64,000 nt of DNA from Tubulanus polymorphus (Eukaryota > Animalia > Nemertea). Below, piece after piece: positions 56,201-64,000 of the stretch (position 1 is the first letter of the stretch; each line of letters starts with the position of its first letter). The stretch is taken from contig NC_134028.1 of NCBI RefSeq assembly GCF_964204645.1, positions 11,827,263 through 11,891,262 on the forward strand, given 5' to 3'. Position numbers and translations under genes: made by a program. The notes under the pieces were generated by a model, which worked only from the letters and a program-made list of their open reading frames with translations, was not told the origin of the DNA and did no database searches.

Positions 56201-59200
56201 TTAAATAATTGTGACATTTTAAAAGTGTTTGGTCTATTTACATAAAAAGGTGTTAAGAAAACTCTTCGTATATTGTATAGTTTGGAACACTCAAAAAGAA
56301 AATGGAATTCATCACCGATTTTGTTAAGACTACAATATGTACAAATACGTTCGTTTCTATCAATATTTACATTGCTAAGTTTGTTTGCATCTAATTTACG
56401 GCTACCGATCCGAAATTCAGCGAGACTATACATGAGGTGAATTGGTACAACGGATAAATAGTTTTCATAATCATATTTAAGTTTAAAGATTCTATAATTT
56501 ACGCATATGTCACTATTTTGCAATTTTTCCCTCCATGTCTGAATGTATCTATCTTTTAGAGATTGTTTTATGATATTTATCGACCGTAGATCGATTACCT
56601 GGTCTTGCCACACAAAGTTCAGCCCACAGTTTTGTATAATTTCCTTAATTTGGCAAATCCAATCAGATACATATAAATCTTTTCTGTATAAGTCGTACAA
56701 AATATTATACATTACTAGATTCAGCTTTGACTTGTTAGCATTCAAAGTTTTGTTCCAATATTTAATCATTCTAAGTTTAATAGTAGTCGATAAAGGTAAT
56801 CTGCCAGTCTCGCCATATATCATAGTATTATGGCAGAATTTTGGTACTTTTAGAACTAATTTACAAAACCTTGTGTGGACTTTTTCTAGTATATCGATAT
56901 TTTCATGGCCCCCATATTTCACACCCGTACAATAGAATTGGTGCCACACAACAATCAAATAATTTAAAAAGTAAGTCTGGAGGAAGATTACATCTTCTGC
57001 CTTTTTGAATAATAGCAAACATTGCTCGAACAGCTTTGTCGTGAATTGCTTTTTTCGCTTTTGTAAATTTTCCATCCCAATTAAACAAAATTCCAAGATA
57101 ATTGTACTCATCTACTCTTTCCAATGTCTCATCACCGAATAGAAAATCGAGAAGGTTTTTAATCTTTGCTTCGATCTTGCGAAAATCATTATTTTCGTTT
57201 TATCAATGTTAACAAATAACTTGTTTACTTGGCAATAATCATATAGTATATTTAAATTGTTTTGTAATTCAGATTCTGATTCTGCAAATAAAATTGTGTC
57301 GTCTGCATATAATAATACAAATAATTTCAGTAATACCTCAATTTCTTCTTCAAAACTTTTTTTGTATAGGTTGCTAATAAAGGTGAGTGAGTTACTATGG
57401 TTATCGTTGAAGAATTTATCAATATCGTTAAGGAAAATAGCGAATAACAGGGGAGAAAGACTTTCACCCTGTCTTACTCCGATGTTTGAAGGGAAAAAAT
57501 TTGAAGTATCACCTTTAAACGATACACAAGATTTGGAATTCAAATAGAGGTTGTGAACGGTGTTAAAAAGAGACCTTTTATACCTAAAGCCATCATCTTT
57601 TTCCATAAAGCAATTCTCCATATTGAGTCAAAGGCCTTGCGGAAGTCTACGAAGCAACAGAAAAGACGTCTACCTTGATTAAGGTATAGCTCAACAATAG
57701 ATTTAAATGTGAATAGATGATCGGTAGTAGAATACCCCGCTCTAAAACCTGCTTGATTTTCACTTAAAAGTTGATTTACCTTCATAAAACATGTTAATCT
57801 ATTATTAAGGATATTTGTAAAAAGTTTGCCTAAACAACTAACTAGCGTTATACCTCTATAATTATCCGTACAATTAATATTGCCTTTATTCTTAAATATC
57901 GGTTTAATAGAGCCTATAGTCCAGCTTTCTGGGATAATGCCACTCATCAATACAATATTAATAATAATAATATATTTTCTTATATAGCGCAGATCTAAGA
58001 AATAATCGCTGCGCTTCACAATGTAAAACACAATACAAAATACACAGAAAATTGTTAAAATTACATAAGTTGGGTATACATGCATAATAAAACAATACAT
58101 AGTAGGTTTTAAGAGTAGGTTTGGCTAAAAAGGTATGTCTTAAGATTACGTTTAAAAATGTCAACTGATGTCAACAATAGATTAAAGAGTTGAAGAAAGG
58201 ATGAGCGTAAGTTATCATCGGAATTTTTTATCATTTCATTACAAATTAGATCCATACCGGTAGCTTTGTTGTTTTTTAAGGAAGAAATGGCTTTATTTAA
58301 TTCTAGCATAGTTATTTCAGCATTAAGCATAGAGTCATCTATATCGTCTAAAAGTAGATCTGTTTCCGTATCAAAAACTTCAGTCTCATCGTGAGCGTTT
58401 AGGTCAGCGAAGTGATCAAAAAAGTCATTGGATGTAAGGGTGACAGTGTCAGTTGGAATGTTAGAATTGCTGTGCGAATTTATCAATTTCCAGAATTGTT
58501 TTGGATCTTTTGATTCACAGGATCTTAGTTCATTAATAAATGTAGTCTCGGCGGATTTTTGACGTTCAAACATAGCTTTTTTATAGTTTTTGCCAGCAAT
58601 TTTCATATCATTTAAATTCGTATCCACTTTGTTAGGCCTATATCTATATTTGTTCCTACGACTATCAAATATCGTTTTTAGTCTCTTACATTCATTATCA
58701 TACCATTTATGTTTCCCTTTAGTGGTTACTTTTCTAGGCCAACTTAATCTGGACATACCGCAGGAATCTGCAGCTGTGACCATTATATTCGAAAGTTTGT
58801 TTGTCAAGTCATCGACTGAATTTTTGTTAATAGTTGTGGGATTTACATTAGTTAAATTTCTATTAAGCTCGGTCAATTCCGCATTGTTAATTAGCGTTCT
58901 ATATTGTTGAGATTTGTCTCTTTGCCATTTAATAGATTTGATAGGTTTGTGCCTAGGTATTGTATCAGTAACTCTATTGGCTGGGCAACTTTTATTATTC
59001 AATTCAATCATCACAAGATGGTGACCATCTGAAAATAAAGGATTAAAAGTGTCGACACTTAACTGGCCGATTGATACAAACACGTCTACTGAGCAAACAA
59101 AGTAATCAATTACACTGTCTTCTTTGAATGTATAATTACCCTCTAAATCCCCAGGCGCCCTCCCATTAACAATCGATAGTGGCGCCCCGCGCGGACATGA

Positions 59201-59358
59201 ACATACCTATCATAATAATAATCAATCGTTTATGAATATGAGTGTATTTTAGGCCTAATACTGTACTCACCACATTTGGGAGGATATCTGTAAGCATTTA
59301 CATTAGGGATGTTCACTTCTTCAACACCGGCATTATCACTACTTATAAACGCACCCAT
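6782..59358 (-). CDS. MGRN1: MGRN1/RNF157-family RING E3 ubiquitin ligase, multi-exon gene (8 exons visible, 3' end probably beyond position 1)
   Basis: Exons join in frame at GT-AG junctions: MGAFISSDNAGVEEV...YRYPPKCG|NYFGSHFIMGGERFD...|FPYPAPQGNEPTKTLRSLVNIRKDSLRFVK|...YNIEFTFDADARCAITIFY...|...KQKQMVDGLCYLLQEIYGIENK|...[52 protein letters not shown]|...PHGYEAVSLIEALNG. These are hallmark Mahogunin motifs. MGRN1 versus RNF157 cannot be separated; an invertebrate copy is probably co-orthologous to both. Confidence 0.95.
7541..7688 (-). CDS. MGRN1: MGRN1-like exon 7 (148 nt)
   Basis: Acceptor ttttctag|, encodes SNSDDDDCCSGISQEGVPHGYEAVSLIEALNGPPRLPPPPPNPLHLPPE, matching the conserved PxGYExxSLxEALNG motif; donor |gtaaat. 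Confidence 0.88.
7870..8790. repeat. Dispersed repeat, inverted relative to 16910-17345; interrupted by a HINE-like insertion at about 8030-8525
   Basis: ctgtaaaataaattctgaattgaattg...gtagtctatggtggc...tttatcggatgatcgtagt is the reverse complement of 17020-17150; 7870-8030 matches 17160-17345. Confidence 0.8.
10157..10399 (-). CDS. MGRN1: MGRN1-like exon 6 (243 nt; C3HC4 RING finger)
   Basis: Acceptor ttttacag|, encodes [68 protein letters not shown]..., donor |gtaagt. Confidence 0.96.
11136..11198. repeat. (TA)n microsatellite, about 31 units
   Basis: Directly visible. Confidence 0.98.
11538..11883 (-). CDS. MGRN1: MGRN1-like exon 5 (346 nt)
   Basis: Acceptor atttcag|, encodes YHPRDSAMNSETFHYKRGANQTFSQP...KPLKQKQMVDGLCYLLQEIYGIENKNCELTK, donor |gtgagt. 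Confidence 0.95.
12500..14430 (+). mobile_element. Decayed KDZ (Kyakuja-Dileera-Zisupton)-like transposase remnant with SWIM/CxC-like cysteine clusters
   Basis: Fragments TCDC...NCKH, LCQTC, CKHNRPWDKRDPV, CDCRLFFDG, W..FVRL...PVCKDQPHTIICNGIDLGF resemble the CxxCxxxPxxIxCDG motif of KDZ/HMGXB3-like proteins. Many stops and frameshifts; termini not found. Confidence 0.5.
18060..18198. mobile_element. Palindromic MITE (PIF/Harbinger-like, CWG target)
   Basis: TIRs GGGCCGGTTCCA / TGGAACCGGGCC flanked by CAG and CTG. Removing it restores the LINE frame KQTWGLIN. Confidence 0.75.
18697..19548 (+). mobile_element. HINE-like family B inserted in the LINE; second copy at 30351-30930
   Basis: Starts aacaagagccccaaggggcactatggccagcctg and ends aggctcagcctacggccggcctaaaaa. 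It splits the LINE RT between domains, and both termini recur at 30351-30930. Confidence 0.75.
22471..23564 (+). mobile_element. HINE-like family A copy with three internal repeats
   Basis: Starts aacaaggggtccaggg; GCCCACTTGGGA at 22494 and TCCCAAGTGGGC at 23548; collinear with the 5017 and 61488 copies. Confidence 0.75.
24282..25000 (+). repeat. Direct duplication of a ~270-bp element 5' end (24282-24550 and 24734-25000)
   Basis: Both copies start aacaaggtgcccatgggcactgtt and stay collinear for about 270 bp. Confidence 0.85.
25222..26773 (-). mobile_element. Internally deleted hAT-like DNA transposon, 14-bp TIR, 6-bp TSD
   Basis: TIRs CAGGGCTGCCAACC / GGTTGGCAGCCCTG; CTCAGA on both sides. 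Minus-strand remnant zinc finger YAYCDRCGSHISISHGGLNDIEKKKHFSTTKH at about 25570-25740. Confidence 0.8.
27913..28056 (-). CDS. MGRN1: MGRN1-like exon 4 (144 nt)
   Basis: Acceptor ttctttag|, encodes SQNHTMKPEDSTEPQTKYNIEFTFDADARCAITIFYFTSEEVIDGRI(I), donor |gtaagt. Confidence 0.93.
29939..30272. repeat. Tandem duplication, two ~168-bp units
   Basis: aggtaaggtccattcattaaagacgtggac...aaggaatggaataaaa occurs near 29941 and again near 30109. Confidence 0.85.
32425..33014. mobile_element. Tc1/mariner (pogo-like) MITE with TA TSD inside a (CATA)n tract
   Basis: TA|CCGTAAAAAACGGCGTATAAGTC ... GACTTATACGCCGGTTTTTACGG|TA; subterminal cgtataagtc repeats; related fragment at about 42637-42825. Confidence 0.85.
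33070..33158 (-). CDS. MGRN1: MGRN1-like exon 3 (89 nt)
   Basis: Acceptor tatttcag|, encodes FPYPAPQGNEPTKTLRSLVNIRKDSLRFV(K), donor |gtaagt. Confidence 0.95.
33900..34961 (+). pseudogene. Intron-containing tyrosine recombinase remnant (Crypton-like)
   Basis: AVRNHLITYICSQNPQRARVV, a frameshift, HLTVGDV...MYHVT, a 63-nt GT-AG intron (34119-34181), then VTGDVERGHKTVSTYGGVIVFLTGDLKRLLETYV...PLWVSFMG. This resembles the catalytic Arg box and HKT lysine motif of eukaryotic YRs. A helical C-terminal ORF follows at 34731-34961. The HxxR and Tyr boxes were not found. Confidence 0.6.
36128..36720 (+). mobile_element. Penelope-like element reverse transcriptase fragment
   Basis: FYLLPKIHK...PPGRPIVSDCGSET...SYVKDTNHF*...LVTMDIDLLYTNIPH...YLQVKGTAMGKPFAPSYANIF...RFIDDI; one in-frame stop at 36352; truncated after the DD motif. 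Confidence 0.9.
36782..36900 (-). CDS. MGRN1: MGRN1-like exon 2 (119 nt)
   Basis: Acceptor tatttcag|, encodes (G)NYFGSHFIMGGERFDTIQPEAYLFGENQDLNFLGKRPVP, donor |gtaagt. Confidence 0.95.
37087..37120 (-). ncRNA. Minimal type-I hammerhead ribozyme-like motif (Penelope pLTR/retrozyme type)
   Basis: Minus strand CTGACGA-T-GATCTC-tagtgt-GAGGTC-GAAA-C-GTC: CUGANGA and GAAA cores, 6-bp stem II and a GUC cleavage triplet, followed by AATAAA. Stem I pairs poorly. Confidence 0.55.
37788..37857 (-). other. Degenerate tRNA-derived (SINE-head-like) sequence
   Basis: A-box-like AGTGGTCTAGTGG and B-box-like GGTTTGAGTCTC at tRNA spacing; no intact cloverleaf. Confidence 0.4.
38376..41660 (-). mobile_element. 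Decayed CR1-clade LINE (endonuclease end, RT, (GAA)n tail)
   Basis: KAAGPDNI, DFSKAFDKVSH, GVPQGSVLGP, FADD, KYLGVTITNNLKW, IQHRAARYV...LQDRRRQSRL; 3' tail gaagaagaagaa; multiple frameshifts. Confidence 0.9.
39107..39609. mobile_element. Mutator-like MITE nested in the CR1 element, 10-bp TSD
   Basis: TGATGGTTAC at 39097-39106 and 39610-39619; termini carry (ggacaattgccccc)-type repeats in inverted orientation. Removing it restores LGVTITNNLKW. Confidence 0.8.
41972..42044 (-). other. Degenerate tRNA-derived (SINE-head-like) sequence
   Basis: TGGCCCAGTTAG (A box) ... GTTCGAGTCCC (B box); stems imperfect. Confidence 0.4.
42830..43259. mobile_element. MITE with TAA TSD (PIF/Harbinger-like)
   Basis: TAA|GGCCATCCCGAAATAAT ... 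ATTATTTTAGGATGGCC|TAA. Confidence 0.75.
44743..45967 (-). mobile_element. Internally deleted hAT5-like transposon, 5-bp TSD
   Basis: TIRs CAGGGTTCATAGC / GCTACGAACCCTG; TAAGA on both sides; empty paralogous site near 53241. Remnant zinc finger GKCHFSDSWL...YKSWI...ARCKICAKTIYISSMGEAALK; subterminal ttcaag repeats. Confidence 0.85.
46458..51613 (-). mobile_element. Full-length but decayed 5.2-kb DDE transposon (hATw-like), 7-bp TSD
   Basis: Imperfect TIRs AAGGGAGTTAAGT / ACTGAACTCCCTA; TCTATAT at 46451-46457 and 51614-51620. Fragmented ORF at 50262-47468 with LTLQLD, MMTDRHVVNK and FCGLH (CxxH) motifs. Confidence 0.75.
51638..52483. mobile_element. Foldback MITE, ~380-bp inverted arms, 85-bp spacer, 5-bp TSD
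   Basis: 51638-52018 is the near reverse complement of 52104-52483; TCAGA flanks both ends; the empty site ctttagcgtcagacgttgtaggg is present near 54249. Confidence 0.92.
55961..59167 (-). mobile_element. RTEX-clade LINE, 5'-truncated in the endonuclease, with (TAAACC)n tail
   Basis: SVIDYF, NQAGFRAGYSTTDHLF, FVDFRKAFD, GVRQGESLSPLLF, LLYADD, LLYGCEIWG, YGETGRLPL, C-terminal CTYC...GDEFHFLFEC; few frameshifts. It is inserted into a repeat whose intact copy is at 52529-52893. Confidence 0.88.
57958..58170 (-). mobile_element. 5'-truncated L2-like 3' end nested in the RTEX element
   Basis: SVDIFKRNLKTYLF* followed by a 3' UTR ending gcgctatataag...(TAT)n. It interrupts the RTEX frame LFNLLL|MSGIIPESW. 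Confidence 0.75.
59271..59358 (-). CDS. MGRN1: MGRN1-like exon 1 (88 nt coding)
   Basis: ATG GGT GCG... = MGAFISSDNAGVEEVNIPNVNAYRYPPKC(G); donor G|gtgagt; strong Kozak context AAAATGG. Confidence 0.93.
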
Positions 59359-59899
59359 TTTCATGAAAATTTGACAAATTGTACGAAAAAATTGACTGAA
59401 CAGTAAAACACTAAAACTGACATAGTAGAGGTTGGCTCCGATTAATTCACGTGCAGCGAGTGGATCGGATGGCTAATGATCGCCTTAACAAAGTTCGTTT
59501 CGGCTATCTGAATTATCAATTTATATCAACTAGAAAGTTAGACTGGTTACCGGTCTCTATCTTTTTCCCGTCATGGTAGGCGTTTTTACGAGAGATTTAC
59601 ATGTACTTTACAAGTGGCCGATCATAACCATGGAGAAACACACTAATGTCTATTTCAACCTGACTTGAGAGAATGAAGAGAAGTGACTCCATGATTTGAA
59701 AGTTTAACAATATGTCTCCATGCCTGCCAACTGAAGTTTGGTACGTAGGCATGGAAACATATTGTTGTCACAACCCAAGTGGCAATCACCCCGTATTCAA
59801 ACTATTATAAATTGAAGATTTCAAAGGTGGCACGATCAAACTAATCACTAACTATAATGATTCTAGATCTCGAGTCGAAAGTTACCAATAATCCCTTAA

Positions 59900-61290
59900 T
59901 GTGAAATTAAACTAGTGATGTCCAGCTCAGAGACTCTAAATTTACACAAACACTCGTGAAAAAAGGGCGATGATTAACTCAGAAACTCAGAATGTACCTA
60001 ACAAAATCACTTAATTAAAATTAAAAGGGCAATGATTTCAGCTCACAGTAACTCGGAATTTACCTAAAAAGTCAGTTGCGAAATTAAAAAAAGATGATTT
60101 CAGCTCAGAAACTCAGAATTTACCTAAATCACTTGTGAAATGCGATGATTTCACTTCAGAAATGTAGCGTTGTGACATCGCTCTCTTGAAAAGAATCCAT
60201 TGTTGTTCTGGTGAGTTGTGTGTGATCCCGGTTGTCACTGCGAAATTAAAAGGGCGATGATTTCGGCTCAGTAACTCGGAATTTACCTAAAAGTCGCTTG
60301 CGAAATTAAAAGGGCGATCATTTCGGCTCAGAATCTTGAATTTACCTAAAAAGTCGCTTGCGAAATTAAAAGGGCGATCATTTCGGCTCAGAAACTAGGA
60401 ATTTACCTAAAAAGTCGCTTGCGAAATTAAAAGGGCGATGATTTCGGCTCAGAAACTCGGAATTTACCTACAAAATCGCTTGCGAAATTAAAAGGGCGAT
60501 GATTTCGGCCCAAAAACTCGGAAAATACATAAAAAGTCTCTTCCGAGATTAAAAGAGCCATCATTTCAGCTCAGAAACTCGGAATTTACCTACAGAATCA
60601 CTTGCGAAATTAAAAGGGCGATAATTTCGGCTCAGAAACTCGGAATTTACCTAAAAGTCGCTTGCGAAATTAAAAGGGCGATGATTTCGGCTCGGAAACT
60701 CGGAATTTACCTAAAAAGTCGTTTGCGGAATTAAAAGGGCGATGATTTCAGGTCAGAAACTCGGAATTTACCTAAAAAGTCACTTGCGAAATTAAAAGGG
60801 CGATGATTTCAGCTCAAAAACTCGGAAAATACCTAAAAAGTCACTTGCGAAATTAAAAGGGCGATGATTTCAGGTCAGAAACTCGGAATTTAGCTACAAA
60901 GTCACTTCCGAGATTAAAAGAGCGATCATTTCTGCTCAGAAACTCGAAATTAACCTACAAAATCACTTGCGAAATTAAAAGGGCGATGATTTCGGCTCAA
61001 AAACTCGGAAAATACATAAAAAGTCTCTTCCGAGATTAAAAGAGTGATCATTTCAGCTCAGAAACTCGTAATTTACCTACAGAATCACTTGCGAAATGAA
61101 AAGGGCGATAATTTCGGCTCAGAAACTCGGAATTTACCTAAAAGTCGCTTGCGAAATTAAAAGGGCGATAATTTCAGCTCAGAAACTAGGAATTTACCTA
61201 AAAAGTCGCTTGCGAAATTATAAGGGCGATCATTTCGGCTCAGAAACAAGGAATTTACCTAAAAAGTCGCTTGCGAAATTATAAGGGCGA
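59900..61290. repeat. ~60-61-bp satellite, about 23 monomers
   Basis: Consensus ttgcgaaattaaaagggcgatgatttcggctcagaaactcggaatttacctaaaaagtcgc; degenerate at the left edge, homogeneous from 60240. Confidence 0.95.
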
Positions 61291-61301
61291 TGATGATGAT
61301 G

Positions 61302-61356
<55 letters not shown>

Positions 61357-61411
61357 CCACCACCACCACCACCACCACCACCACCACCACCACCACCACC
61401 ACCACCACCAC
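61289..61411. repeat. Compound microsatellite (GAT)5(CAT)17(CAC)19
   Basis: Directly visible. Confidence 0.97.
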
Positions 61412-61485
61412 CAGGTCCAAAATTCCACGAACGTTCGTGTATAAAAAGATATTAATCGAAACTGAGACTGACGAGTTCCCATTTT

Positions 61486-62452
61486 AAGCCCACTTGGGAC
61501 TTAAGGACCAGCGGGCTATTGCGTTCACTTTTCGTCCGTCGTCAGTCCGTCCGTAGACGGGATCCAGTTATTTTGGGAAGTTTTGAAGACGCTTCAAGGT
61601 AATGTCTTGATATTTGGTTTATACATGTATCTACCCTAGACACATCTTCAGCCCAAAAACTGGCCCTGTCAGAATCAAGAAAAACTTGCCCTGTCAGAAT
61701 CAAGATGGCCGACTGGCAGCCATGGTTGTTCGTCAAAATCAGCACTTTTTAAACATTTTGAGGGAAATTGTGAAGACGCTTAAATCAATTACCTTGATCT
61801 TTTGTATATATTTGAATCTTCCAAGGGCCGATCATCTCAAGAACAATTGGGTCGATCGGACTCAAGATGGCCGTCCTATGACCTTTTTAGTGCCCAAAAA
61901 TGTCAATTTTGGCTCAAATTCTGAGTCTTGTAGCTTCCTACTGGTTTGCCATTTCTCATTGCAATGTGTGATGGGTATTCTTTGGAAAGGGATATTTTAT
62001 ACCTGAGCCAGGTATTTGTGATCGGCCAATTATGACGAAATTGGCGGCCATCTTGGTATCATCAGTACTCATTCGTAGGTGGGAAAAAGTGTCTCCACAT
62101 TATATTGATACCTAAGCATATTTTGTTACCACAATCAATTGCAAAGTTGTAGCTCATGACATTGTCTATGATTGTGGTGAGTTTTAAGGACATTTGTTAT
62201 TCTATATGGTCACCAGGGGGCGTTGAATAGTAGAATAACTTAGTATTTCCTTATTAGATTGGTACCTAGGCGTATTTTGTTACCATGATCAATTACAAAA
62301 TCGTAGCTGCTGACATGTTCTATGATTGTAGTGAGTTTCAAGGTCATCGGTTTTTGTATATGGTCACCAGGGGCGTTGAATATTGAAATCGTTAGATTGT
62401 TGAGCATTGGAAACCACTTCCAAGTGGGCATGGTGTCCCTGGACCCTTAGTT
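61486..62452 (-). mobile_element. HINE-like family A copy with two internal repeats (reverse orientation)
   Basis: Reverse complement is collinear with 22471-23564, including both subterminal inverted motifs. Confidence 0.75.
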
Positions 62453-62837
62453 CATTTTTATATCGGTTAGTATGCGTAAGAGAAAAATGACGAAGATGGT
62501 CAAGGCATTAAATGAAGACGAAAGAGGCGTCCAATCGTTTATCAAAATACGTCTAGGTCATATGTAGGGCAACAACAAATGCGTACCGCACGAGTGGACG
62601 CTACAATCGAGTTATTAAGGTCATTCAAAAATGAAACGAGAGTGTGCGTCAACGCGCACCTCGAAAAAAAATCAAATGACGAAAATCGGGTAAAAATGAG
62701 CACTCCGGCGTTTATTGTATGTATTTATGCTGTCAGTTAGAAAAAAAATCTATCGATCTATCGAGCTGTATTCGTACACCAAAAATTGGGAAATTTCATC
62801 GAGTTTCAGAGCGACACGAACCGAATTTTGATTTATA

Positions 62838-62845
<8 letters not shown>

Positions 62846-62884
<39 letters not shown>

Positions 62885-64000
62885 CATACATACATACATA
62901 CATACATACATACATACATACATACATACATACATACATACATACATACATACATACATACATACATACATACATACATACATACATACATACATACATA
63001 CATACATACATACATACATACATACATACATACATACATACATACATACATACATACATACATACATACATACATACATACATACATACATACATACATA
63101 CATACATACATACATACATACATACATACATACATACATACATACATACATACATACATACATACATACATACATACATACATACATACATACATACATA
63201 CATACATACATACATACATACATACATACATACATACATACATACATACATACATACATACATACATACATACATACATACATACATACATACATACATA
63301 CATACATACATACATACATACATACATACATACATACATACATACATACATACATACATACATACATACATACATACATACATACATACATACATACATA
63401 CATACATACATACATACATACATACATACATACATACATACATACATACATACATACATACATACATACATACATACATACATACATACATACATACATA
63501 CATACATACATACATACATACATACATACATACATACATACATACATACATACATACATACATACATACATACATACATACATACATACATACATACATA
63601 CATACATACATACATACATACATACATACATACATACATACATACATACATACATACATACATACATACATACATACATACATACATACATACATACATA
63701 CATACATACATACATACATACATACATACATACATACATACATACATACATACATACATACATACATACATACATACATACATACATACATACATACATA
63801 CATACATACATACATACATACATACATACATACATACATACATACATACATACATACATACATACATACATACATACATACATACATACATACATACATA
63901 CATACATACATACATACATACATACATACATACATACATACATACATACATACATACATACATACATACATACATACATACATACATACATACATACATA
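62846..64000. repeat. (TA)n followed by perfect (CATA)n of at least 280 units, running off the window
   Basis: Directly visible; (CATA)n spans 62881-64000. Confidence 0.99.

Noticed and set aside
59900-61290. CRISPR-like regular repeat array
   Set aside because: Head-to-tail monomers without unique spacers, no cas genes and a eukaryotic context; it is a satellite.
62750-63999. Three long MYVC-repeat ORFs
   Set aside because: Translation artefacts of the stop-free (TATG)n strand of the microsatellite.

Overview
AT-rich, repeat-dense metazoan (probably marine invertebrate) DNA. Positions 1-59.4 kb are one minus-strand host gene, an MGRN1/RNF157-family RING E3 ubiquitin ligase. Eight coding exons (about 419 codons, all GT-AG and phase-compatible) can be assembled by eye; no stop codon is reached, so the gene probably continues beyond position 1. 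The introns carry many mobile elements: a nearly intact DIRS tyrosine-recombinase retrotransposon (gag, RT-RNaseH-methyltransferase, overlapping YR ORF), a KDZ/Zisupton-like remnant, CR1/L2-group and RTEX LINEs, three hAT-like elements with atypical 5-, 6- and 7-bp TSDs, several MITEs, a 380-bp-arm foldback, Helentron-type non-autonomous repeats with internal tandem arrays, and a minimal hammerhead-ribozyme-like motif. The most unusual region is in intron 2, where an intron-containing Crypton-like tyrosine recombinase gene lies just upstream of, and co-oriented with, a Penelope-like reverse transcriptase, possibly one composite element. Upstream of the host gene are a ~61-bp satellite that runs into compound microsatellites and a >1.1-kb perfect (CATA)n tract. 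All family assignments are from motif recognition, not database searches.
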